Positions 10,795-21,300 of a stretch of 63,374 nucleotides of DNA are shown here, piece after piece. Source of the DNA: Peribolospora baueri (Eukaryota); assembly GCA_029717555.1 (NCBI GenBank), contig JAMDHS010000110.1:1-63374 (forward strand), given 5' to 3'. The notes beneath the pieces are model-generated. The model saw nothing but the letters and a program-made list of their open reading frames with translations. It ran no database searches and was not told where the DNA came from. How positions within the stretch are numbered: the stretch's first letter is position 1; every line of letters starts with the position of its first letter. The translations under genes and the position numbers were made by a program.

Positions 10795-12272
10795 CCAGAT
10801 GCAGCAGCGACGGCGCTCCCGAGTGCAGCTTCGCAAGCAGACCTCGAGCCCGTCTCATCCTGGCTGATCCTTACCCATCCTCCAGAGTCGCGCTCCACAA
10901 GCCTCTCGCCGAACCACGTCTTGCCGGAGCCGGGTAGGCCGATGAGCATGATCAATTGAGGGTCTCGATCCAGTCTTCCGACCATCTGAAATCCTTGCCT
11001 TCCGGTTCTCCTACATCTTCCTCGTCTATTTGCGACGATGTCGCTTGACTGTGCTTCTTCCAAGCGCGCTTCACGAACGTCTCCACAAACTCTTCCTGCG
11101 CTCGAGTCTCTACACTTCCCGGGCGGATCTCGCGCAGGGCGGCGATGGCCGAGTGGGCGTCCATTTGAGGTGGAGGAAGAGCGCGAGGAAAGGAGGATGG
11201 GAGGTTGAAAGGTGGCAGCTCGAAGCCGAATAGGGCGATGTAGCACGCCAAGAAGGTCCCTGCTCGGCCTTCCAGAGTGGAACCCGCGGCAGGAGAAGCG
11301 TGAGTCGATCAATAGCGTCGGGCTTTTTTTTCGAACGACTCGCCTCCTCCTTCGTCGCGAGCAAACCCTATTCAGTGTAGCGAGGATAAGAACAGAGTTT
11401 GCTCATCGCGTGGTCGAATACTTTGCGAGCCTTCTCCTCGGCCTTGTCCACCTTGCTTATCTGCTGATCATGCTTGTAAGCAGAGCCTTCTTCTTCGAGC
11501 TCCAACACCTTGTACCAGCTCAGCATTGCCAGCTTCCACTTTCCTTCCCTATTCGCCCAATCGGCCAACCTAGCCCAGCCCCTGGAATCACCGGCATGAC
11601 GAAGAGACGATAATGAGAGCAGCGTGTAATGCGTGTGTAAGGTTTTGACGGGCGAGAAAGTGCAGAAAGAGATCGTCGAGATGGAAAACAAGGGAACTCT
11701 TTGCATGAGCCGGCCGTGGATTCAAGGCTGGCTCGCGGAGAAGCCTGAGTGATGGAACAGGCGCCCTTCTCGACGTTATGCTCGTGGCACCTCGAAATGG
11801 TGATGTGGAAATCTTTGAGCGGCAGGCCGAGCTGTCGACGGAGCTTATCACCCGTCGCCCAAGCAATGACCACGAAGGAGACGTTAGGAGAGCCGGAGGA
11901 GAACGAGGATGTCGTCTTTTCCTTGCCGGAGTCGGAGGCCTTCGCTTGGCCGAGACCAAGCGGAATAATCCGGCCTAGGTCAATGGAAAAACCTTGTTTT
12001 GACTTTGACGATCCACGATCTCCTGCTCCTGCAACGGGCAACCTCTCCACCACCTGTTTGGCCTTTTCCGACAAGCTGCGCAGCTCGTCCTTGGTGCAGA
12101 ACGTGATGTGAAATTCGTCGTTGATGGCGTCGTTCCGCTTGACTGGGACGTTGTGTGGTACTAGCGGCAGGTGCTCGTTGGCGATGGAGTCGACAAAAGG
12201 CCCTGTAAGGGTTAGATAGCCGCGTGTGCGCACTAAACGGAAAGAAGAAGCGTCTGAAGGACGTGACGACAT
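10795..12272 (-). pseudogene. Truncated multi-domain RNA end-healing ('Swiss-army-knife' type) gene: 2H phosphoesterase, TPR-like segment, Cys-phosphatase remnant, P-loop kinase N-half
   Basis: Two HxT motifs (FHITF about 12105; LGLPLKDFHITI about 11800), RGWARLADW..KLAML, GRAGTFLACYIAL..AIAALREIRPGSVET..QEEFV, LIMLIGLPGSGKTWF..ISQDE. Several frameshifts, a damaged HCx5R loop, and no ligase domain found. Confidence 0.75.
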
Positions 12273-12441
12273 GATCGGATGACCCGCTATTGGTCTGAAT
12301 TGGGTTATGAAAGTGTTGGGGGCAGATGGAAGAAAGAGAAAAAGAAAATAAGAAAAGGGCCGAAGTGGTTTGTCCGTGAAGATGCTACCGAATTTGTATG
12401 CGGTGAGGAAACCAAGACGATGGAGTCTGTCACATAACAAA

Positions 12442-12452
12442 GTTTATATAGG
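12442..12452 (-). promoter_or_regulatory. TATA-like box (TATATAAA) upstream of the RNA-repair pseudogene
   Basis: cctatataaac on the minus strand about 170 bp before ATG 12272, followed by a pyrimidine-rich leader. Confidence 0.4.
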
Positions 12453-13012
12453 CGGGAGAAATCAAACTCGATGCCGAGAAATTGACAGTCGGAAACGCAA
12501 GTCAGATGAGAGACGAAAGTGAAGCGCTGGGTATGCCTCCGTCTTCGTCTTCGCGGACTGGGTGTCATCTCAAGCGAGTCGAGTCGAAAGACGGGGGAGT
12601 CGGCTCGACCCTGTAGAACGCGAAATGAAGCGGTCTCCCTGTGACCAGGACTCGTTGAGGTTCAAGAGAGATTTCTAATGGCGGTGGACCAGAATGGCGG
12701 TGCACAGAGTCAGAATCATGTCTGTCTCGGCAAGATGCAGACCGAAACTTGGGGGGTGCGGAAACGAGGGATAATGAGTCCTGTAAAGTGGGATATGACT
12801 CGAAGAGTGGAGCGGGCCGCCTCTCCGTGACCGAGGCCCGGGGTTGCTGCGGGCCGGGCCGAGCATAGAGACCAACTGTCCCTTAGAGGCAGCTCGGGCT
12901 GCTTTTGAGGACGTCTATTTGAAGCCACCCATCTCCCCCTCTCTCCTCGACATTCAACTCTCCTCCTTTCCAACTTATTTTGACCGCCCCTCAACTGATC
13001 CATATCCAAAAC

Positions 13013-13909
13013 ATGCGTGTCTTCGTTACCGGCGGAACAGGCTTCATCGGTTCTGCCATCGTTCAGGAGCTAATCAGCGCGGGCCATCAGGTGCTCGGCC
13101 TCGCTCGCTCAGATGCGGCCGAGGATTTGCTTGCCGCCGCTGGTGCTGAGGCACATCGAGGTGCTCTCGACGATCTTGACAGCCTGAGGCGTGGAGCAGC
13201 TGCATCAGATGGCGTCATCCACACCGCCTGGATTCCCGACTTCTCAGACTATGCAGGCGTCTGCAAGACAGACAGGCTCGCGATCGAGGCGCTTGGCGCT
13301 GCGCTTGCGGAATCAGGCCGCCCCTTAGTCGTCACTTCCGGCACCCTGGCGCTCACGCCGGGCCGCCTGGGGACCGAAGAAGATGCGCTAGATCCCAGCA
13401 CCGCAGCGGCCCCCCGTATACCCTCGGAAGAGGCAGCGCTTTCGATGGCGTCGCATGGCGTGCGCGTGTCAGCGGTCCGCCTCCCACCGTTGGTACATGG
13501 CGATGGCGATCACGGCTTCGTTCCGATCCTGATTCGCATCGCCCGCGAAAAGGGCGTTTCGGCGTATGTAGGTGACGGGCTTAACCGCTGGTCCGCGGTG
13601 CACCGGCTCGATGCTGCCCATCTCTTCAGGCTGGCGCTTGAGGAGGGCTCCGCGGGAGCCAAGTTTCACGCGGTCGCCGACGAGGGCGTGCGGATCCGAG
13701 ATATCGCTGAAGTAATCGGCCGACACCTGAACGTGCCGGTCGTCTCCAAATCACCCGAGGAGGCAGCCGACCATTTTGGCTGGGTCGCGCCCTTCCTCTC
13801 GACGGATAACCCTACCTCAAGCACGCGAACTCAGGAACAGCTCGGATGGCGCCCATCCCAACCTGCGCTGATTCCCGATCTCGACCGGGCGCGCTACTTC
13901 GAACCCTGA
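13013..13909 (+). CDS. NAD(P)-dependent epimerase/dehydratase-family atypical SDR, 298 aa, intronless
   Basis: MRVFVTGGTGFIGS Rossmann motif, GHQVLGLARSD, VRLPPLVHGDGDHGFV, NRWSAVHRLDAA, LGWRP. Uninterrupted ORF; ATG context ccaaaacATG. Confidence 0.92.
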   Translation: MRVFVTGGTGFIGSAIVQELISAGHQVLGLARSDAAEDLLAAAGAEAHRGALDDLDSLRRGAAASDGVIHTAWIPDFSDYAGVCKTDRLAIEALGAALAESGRPLVVTSGTLALTPGRLGTEEDALDPSTAAAPRIPSEEAALSMASHGVRVSAVRLPPLVHGDGDHGFVPILIRIAREKGVSAYVGDGLNRWSAVHRLDAAHLFRLALEEGSAGAKFHAVADEGVRIRDIAEVIGRHLNVPVVSKSPEEAADHFGWVAPFLSTDNPTSSTRTQEQLGWRPSQPALIPDLDRARYFEP

Positions 13910-13941
13910 AAAGAGAATCGGCGACAATTTTGCCCTGCAGG

Positions 13942-14060
13942 GCAGTCGTCGAGCTGCTGCCAGAAGAGGGGGCCGAGACCAACGCTCAGGGAGGGCATTG
14001 GGCCGACGCGCTGCAAGCGGCGGGGTACACCGGCCACAAGGCAGTCGTCGCGCTGGAAGA
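13942..14060 (+). pseudogene. Isolated ankyrin-repeat fragment
   Basis: AVVELLPEEGAETNAQGGHWADALQAAGYTGHKAVV; gcagtcgtcg recurs exactly 99 bp (33 codons) apart at 13942 and 14041. Confidence 0.7.
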
Positions 14061-14129
14061 CATACTCTCGGGTCTTCTGCCTACCTCGGCCCAGGCGCAC
14101 GCCGCCGCCGTCCCCCCTATGATCGTCTT

Positions 14130-14700
14130 CCTAACTCAGTTTCTTTCCTACAATTTACACCATTCATATCCACATCTTTTTCATTCCCCCCTTGCGTCAT
14201 TTCCCTCATCTCTATCCTCTTTCCTTCACTTCTCTTCCTTTTCCTCTTTCCCTTTCCGCTCTCCGGGACGATCGCCTCTTCCGGACGAGGCATGTAACGG
14301 GGCCGAAGGCCTGATTCTATGACTTTAAAGATGACAATGATACACCTTCAGAATACAAATCTTTGACTTCCTAGTCTCTCTGCCTATTATCCTAAACTGT
14401 AAGTGCTCATATATAAAATCATAATCTTGTGACTTGTACTATAACCAGTTTGCGCCGGGCAGGAAATTACCTAATGCGAGTGCGGAAGGATGAGGTGGAG
14501 AGTGGTACGAGGAAAGGTAAGGGGAAATGAGGGTTCGATTTGTCAGGCAGCTTCTTTAAGTCAGAGCTGGAAGTTCAGCATTTCGTCGTCCCGCACCCAC
14601 AACGAAATCAATACAGTGAGCAATTGCCTATGGAGCCCCATCGATAACAAATACAGTACTATAACCCCAGCACTGTAGCCCTGTACATTACCGCTCATCT
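14130..14700 (+). mobile_element. Possible LTR-element 3' end / solo-LTR remnant
   Basis: Pyrimidine tract, then GACGAGGCA|TGTAACGG at about 14293, then an AT-rich stretch with TATATAAAA. No matching second terminus or target-site duplication found. Confidence 0.25.
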
Positions 14701-14852
14701 GTTAGAACTGGCGTCCTAGACGTGCTTGTCAGCCAAGATGGCTAATAACAAGACGAAGGACGTAACACCGGACGGAAGAGGAGGATGTCCGCAAAAACAA
14801 GGGCGTGGCGTCCCACATCACGCATAATCAGGGTCACGGGCGTTCTCAAAGC

Positions 14853-17726
14853 TCAAAGACGGGAGTCGTCTTCTATGCGGTCGAATGCCTTGACCAGATC
14901 TGTCGGCGGGACAGGACCAATCAAGTCAGGGTAACAAGCGTTGAGCCAGTCCTCAAGCCGGGGAGCCCCATCATGGTACAGACGATAAACACCGAGCAAG
15001 GCGAGGCATGCAAGGCACACACTCACGGTAGTAAAACCGGATGGTGTCGATGTGCGTCTTAAGCATCACCCTTTCGTCCACTGTGTGCGAGTTGAGCCGC
15101 GTGCCGATTGGTGCGCTGCATCCCGCGACGTTTCAGACAAAAAAGGACACGGGGGCCAGGCGGGATCAGTCCCCGTGTCGCCGCTTCTGATCGAGGGTGG
15201 GGAGAGGGCAGAGAGGGAAGACCAAAAAGAGGAAGAATGCTCACGGTGTCCAACGATAGATCGTCTTGGTGATATTCCAGTAGTGCTTGGTGTCCTGCAT
15301 CGATGTGAAGAGATCGTCAACAAAATCGTCCACCGGTACAGGTGACCATTCGTAAAACGACCTCCCACCGGCCTCGACTCACGGTATTCCCTGTCATTAG
15401 ACTCGGCGCGGTGACCGTCTCCGTCCCGAACGTGGTCATCACAGCCCGCGCGAACGCCGTCCACGTCTCGCCGTGGATGTCGGTGAGAGGACTAACAGGT
15501 GTCGACCGGCTGAGAGTCAGGGTGACGTTGCTGGGTTCCGTCTCACGCCTCGACGGATCGCGATGAAGAGAGGATCGAGCGGTTGGGCGTACAGAGTCAG
15601 GGTCCGCGCCGAAGGCGTACAAGTCGAGTTCGAAACGGTCTGCTACTGGCTTCAGGACCCGTGTGACGACGTCCATGTGAGCGGAGACGGACGAGGTCAC
15701 CTGCAGTCCGAAGAGGACCCGGTTGGGCAGCAGAACCATACATCAATCAACCAACGATGACAGCTTTCCTTTGACCCTCGCCACCGACTCACATCAATCC
15801 TCGAGTTGAACGTCGCCTCGGCGTGCTCTGGTAAGGCGTTCACCTTCACCCCGCCCCTAGTCATCGTGGCGGCCTTGCTCGTCTGCATGCGGTATCTCTG
15901 CGACTCGCTCTCCTCCGCTAGCTTGGAGGCTAGGAAGGAAAAGTCGCGCTCTCGGATCGCTCGAGGCAACCACTTGGGAAGTCGGGCGGGGGAGGCGTGC
16001 CGTGCCACGCTGTTCGAGCGGCAGGACGTTTCCTGTCATCAGTATGTGGGCGATTTGCGACTCGCTATCGTCAAGTACCCACCACTGCAAGTACCCAAAG
16101 AGAGGATGCTCCTCGGTAAGAGTAGGCTCGTAAATCTCCGCATCCTCCAAAGCGACGATGAACCTGCATCGAGACGTCCGGTATCCGTACCCGTTGACAA
16201 TCAGCACTCGTCAAATTCGGCCGGATGGAAAGCAATGATGTATATGCTCGCCTGGAAAGGAGACCTATACTCGTGTGTCTGGATGGTACTGAAGAATGGC
16301 CGCCAGGCGAGTCGACGGAGATGCGCACGTCGGCGTAGCCTGACACGGAAAAGTCAACGAGATCCACGAGTCAGTCGAGACTACCTTTCAAGGTATCAGG
16401 TGAAGGTGCCAAAATTCAAGCAAAAACGGCTTACCTTTCTCAGCGATGGCAGGCAACGCCCAGAGCCTACCGAATCGCTCCGCTACACCACTCCCACCCT
16501 CATCGACAACGGCTCCTACGCCGTGCGTGCCCCAAATTTGCTCGAGATGTTTAGCTATAAAGGCGGCTCCCCAATAGCCGTGGGCTTCCTCGTCCGAGCC
16601 GAAGGCTAGTAGGATGGTGCGCCGAGGCTGAAAATGGGGCTCATGGACGAGGAGGTACTCAAGAGATGAAAGGATGCCTATGAGGTTGCCCTGCAGAACA
16701 GGGGTCGCCACGCGGAGTAGTGAGCGTTGTGTGAGTCCATCACTTGATCTTCGCACGTAAGATAGACCTACCTTGCAGTCAGCAGCTCCCCTCCCCCACA
16801 CCCATTCTCCATCAAACACCCCTTCGAACGGCGCGTATGTCCACTGGGCTTCAGGCTGGACGGGGACGACGTCCTGGTGGGCGGCGAGAAGGATGGCTGC
16901 GGAGCAGGAAAAAAAGGAAAGAGAGAGATCTAAGCACGTCCAACGGACGCGGTGGGAAGAAGGAGGACTCACGCTTCAGGTCGGGCTCGCTGCCGCGCCA
17001 GGTGTATACGAGCGCGTATTTGTTGACTTTGGCCAGCGAGAAACGTTCGTGCCTACGCAGATGAAAACGTAAAACAGCAGAAAGGGGGAGATTGGCCTGA
17101 TTGTCGGTGCCCATCATCAGGCTCCGGCAGCGCTAACGTAACCCTCTCAACTCACACCGCAGGGAAAGTTCGGCGCAGGTATTCGTGGAAGGCAAGGTGG
17201 TGCTGCCAACGCTCGTCTTGCCTCTCGTCGCGCGGGTCGCCCATGTCATCGTACACCTGAGCTTGCATCCGGAACGGCCGGACGGGTCATAGAGAGGATC
17301 GTGGGCAAGTAAGGACGCCAGCCGGCCGGGACACCCATGGCCAAGGGGCCGCTCAGCTCGAGTCTTCTCACTCGGAATGCGTATGGCGCCGGTAAGCCTC
17401 TGAGCAGAAAGGTTCGCAAATGAAGGACTGGAGAAGACGTCTTCGGCGTCCCGATCTGTGGGCGTCAAAAAGGATGAGAGAGGGTCCGGCTGCGCGCAAG
17501 CGGCGAGGCGGGAACCATTGGAGGCCGCGACATGGCCAAGTCGAGAAAACGCAGGCAAGGACAGGCCGACGACGGCGTGGGTAAAGAAGCGATAGGCCAC
17601 AAGTCCGCCGAAGAGGACAAGAGCGATGCTTGTGATCGCCGCGGAGACGGCCGATATACCTCGTCGCCGCCGTCCCCTGAAAGCGTCACCACGACGGCTC
17701 AATAGAGCGGCCTTCTCGTCGTCCAT
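14853..17726 (-). CDS. CPS1: M20 family Gly-Xaa carboxypeptidase (carboxypeptidase S-like), N-terminal transmembrane anchor; multi-exon
   Basis: AHQDVVPV, WVWGRGAADCK, LAFGSDEE, VDEGG, AEKGY.DV, PGGHSSVP, GGVKVNALPE, MTGNTDT, HTVDE. Confidence 0.88.
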
Positions 17727-18323
17727 TACCGCCGAGCGCACGTGACAGAGCGAGCTGGATATGAGGGGCGAGGGGGTGGGTGGAGGAGGGAGGTGGTGAG
17801 AACGGCGGGAGTCGCTCGTCAACCTCATGAAGAGCTCTTGTACGCCCTTATCTCAGCCTCGTCACCCCGGAGACCATGGCGGTCGGGAGCTGGGGAGCGC
17901 CGGAAAGTTATCAGCCGTTCTCGGGAAGCGTCTTGGATCAGTCATCAGATCAGGCAAGGCAAGGCGATGATGGATGGTCAGTTCGAACGGCGTCCGTCGG
18001 CACGGTCGGTGCGAGTGAAGCGAGCAAGGCTGCCGCCATTTCACATTCATTAGCGCCGCCATTCGTAAAAAGCCCGAGAGCCACAGTGATCAACCGGCAC
18101 GGGCGCAATTCGTGCGGATGCAACTCCGAGGCACTCGACTGATGCAGCCGGGGCAAGCGAGTCGTCCCTCTTCAGGTTCACACGAGACTAGGACGAGCCG
18201 GCGTTGCCCTTCGTCCAACGACTCCATGAGCGCGACCATTTCTGGCAGAGTCTGACCGACCGTTGGTATCTCAGCCTCTCTCGTCTCCGTTTCACAGGCT
18301 CGCACGGGTCACTCTTGGGGAGC

Positions 18324-21300
18324 ATGGCCCATCATCGCAGCAGCAGCTCTTTCGGTCTCCCATGCAGGTCTCCTCCGGACGACCTCTCACGAAAACCTGA
18401 CGGGCATTGCTCGAGGTCCACTCCCACTCGGCTCTCTCTCGGTCGTCATCTCCTGCTCGCCTCTCTCGGTGGAGTGACCGCGCTCGCATGCTTCCTTGCG
18501 CTTTTCGCTTTACCTGGTACCCTCCTTGTCCGCCATAGGGGCCTCTCCTCTTCCTGGTCCGCTGCCCTGCTCGAGCTCGGCTACCCGCTTCATGACATCT
18601 CTCGGCCGCCACCGTCACTCCCCCCGTCACATCAACAAACACTGGCAGAGGGCCTCGCGCGATGCGACCTGAATACGATCAGCGCGCCCCACGCGCTTTT
18701 CAACCCTCCAAGCACTCCTTCCGCGGAGAGGAGGAATGAGAGATACTGGGCCACCGCAGCGGAGGAGAGGCACGACCAGTTCGTCCTTCGAAATGCTAGT
18801 GTCATCGACGGAGACGGTCATCCCTACTTTAAGTCTTCGTCGCTGTCGCCTTCGGCACCACCGGTAGCCGCAGACGTGTGGGTGGCCCAAGGCACCATCG
18901 TCGACGTGGCACTGACGGTGGATCGTAATGAGGAGCGCTATAAAGGCTGGCAGGTGGTCGAAGTCGGCGGAAAGTACCTGACTCCAGGGATCGTCGGTGT
19001 GTACCCTCTTTATGGTATCCTGCGCCGGCGCCTTCTCTGACGAATCTTGCCTCGTAGACCCTCACTCACACATCGGCATGCGTTCTGAGCCTCAAATGCG
19101 CTCCACGGACGACGTGACAGAGGTCACCAAACCCATCGTCCCTCAGATGAGGGCTGTGGACGGCTTGTAAGTGGTCCTCGGCTGGGTGGTGACGTCGGAT
19201 ATGGTGCTCCGTTGCTCTGCTCGGATGGCTTCAGATTGAAAGGACCGTTCTCATTCCTCGATTTTCCTCTTCCGTATCCTTACCACCCTCCCTGAAGCGA
19301 CCCTTTGGACGAGATGATCCCGGTCGTCGTTTCCGGAGGCGTCACCACGTCTTTGTTGCTGACCGGAGCAAAGAACATCATGTGAGCCCGCTCCCACATT
19401 TGTGTCATCTGTAGTTGATGAGCTAAAGGCATCGACCCCCTGACGACGTGCTCCTTTCCTCGCACCCAATTCCGCCGCTTCAGCTCCGGTCAAGGGGCGG
19501 CAATCAAGCTTCGGACCATGCCCGGTCTGTCGGTGGACCGGATGCTCCTCGAGCCTCGACATCCACCCATGCCCCCAACTAATGAAACGGCGCTTGACGA
19601 CTCGCAGTCACGGGCCGTCAAGAAACCGAGGAGGTATCTCAAGATAGCCTGGTGTGTTGGTCGGACCGCCTTGATAAGTTTCGCCGGTTGGCTGCTCTTT
19701 GTCATTGTAGTTTATGTCACGCCTGGTTCATCATTATGAACTCTCCTTTCTCCCGGTCTCGTCTTCCGCCATCTCCACATTTTCTTCTCGACCTAGTGGA
19801 GAAAACATCAAGGATGCTTTCGCCTCGTCTTCTACCGGACCAAAGACTAGACTTGGCTGGGGTGCCATTCTGCGGGAAGCCTTTGAAGACGCCGCTGAAC
19901 TTCGTGAGTCTCTTCCTGCCGGCTGCCTTGACAGAGGCTGGTCCCACTCCGACGACTGGATTGACCTTCAACTTCAATGGTTTTCGTGGTCGGTTGCACA
20001 GGCCGCTCCCAGGATGATTGGTGTGCTGCCGCCCGTTCGTCCCCCGCGTCGCTCCTTTCTTCCTCGACGGGACAGCTCCGCCCGTACCCGAAGGACGACT
20101 TGTCGCTTCACCCGCTGGTGGACGTGCTCAGAGGCGATGTCATGGTCAATGTGAGTAGCCGAGGTAGGTTGGAACCGCATGCGAACGCCTGCTTGGTTCT
20201 GTCTGTAGCAAGAAAGCGAGAAGCTGACTCGCTCTTTGCTTGTTTCAGGCCCATTGCTACACGACCTATGATATCGAGGTCAGTGTAACGCGTCATCTTC
20301 TTAGAACGCCCGTAAATGGAACAAATCCACTCCGACCGACTCGCTAAACTCTTCCCAACATTCGTCGTATGCTATCTTGACGTAGACCCTTCTCCGTACT
20401 GCGCACGAGTACCACTTCAACGTCACTGCGCTTCACCACGCTCAGGAGACCTACCTCATGCTCGATCAGCTCCATCATCTAGCTGGGCCCCTATTCCTCG
20501 CTCTGTTTTCGGGAGAGTACGGGTTCAAAGTGAGACCAGAGCCTCAGCGCCTGGAATTTTGCCCTTTTCTTGCCTTTGGATGATCCAACTAAACTGGCTC
20601 TTTTGGGTTTACTCGCGCATATAGAAAGAGATGGAGAGGGCCAGCGTGTTTAACCCGTCCATCATGGACGCCGCCGGGTTCCCTGTCACCCTCCAGTGAG
20701 TCCTTTCACCCTCCTAACCCTTCACGTGCCTTGGTCCATTGCCGCGGTGACGCGACGGCGGGGGCATGCTGTGATTGGTGGTTTAACAATCTGCATTCTT
20801 CATCAGCATGGACCATCCTGCTCTCCATGGCAAATACGCCATGCGCGAGGCACAGGTGGCCCATCATTACGGTCTCCCGGCCGATAAGGCTCTTAGTGAG
20901 TGCGCCTGCGAGGTCAAGTCTGGGTCAGCGGCTCCCTGGCGGTACGCTCACCCAGGTCTGAATAATTGGATTCATGGCTGACTGCACAGGCGCAGTTTTC
21001 GGGACTGCCTCGCGGTTGATGGCCTTTGAGGATCGCATCGGCTACATCAGGTCTGGATTTGATGCCGTGAGCAAGCTCTACAAGCGAACCGACTGAGTCG
21101 CCTTTGCTCCACTCAGGCTGACATCTGTGTGTTGCGGTCGTCTGCGTAGGACTTGGTCATCTGGGATTCTCATCCTTTGAGACTAGGAGCCACTCCCATT
21201 GAAGTATGGATCGACGGCCAGCCTCAAGTGGATGACGGCTCGCTCAAGCTGGCCAGCAATATCGCTTCACAGCACCTTGAGACTGAAGGACGAGGCGCGC

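Noticed and set aside
13013..13909. Bacterial contamination
   Set aside because: No operon neighbours or Shine-Dalgarno, and the flanks look fungal; not fully excluded without reads.
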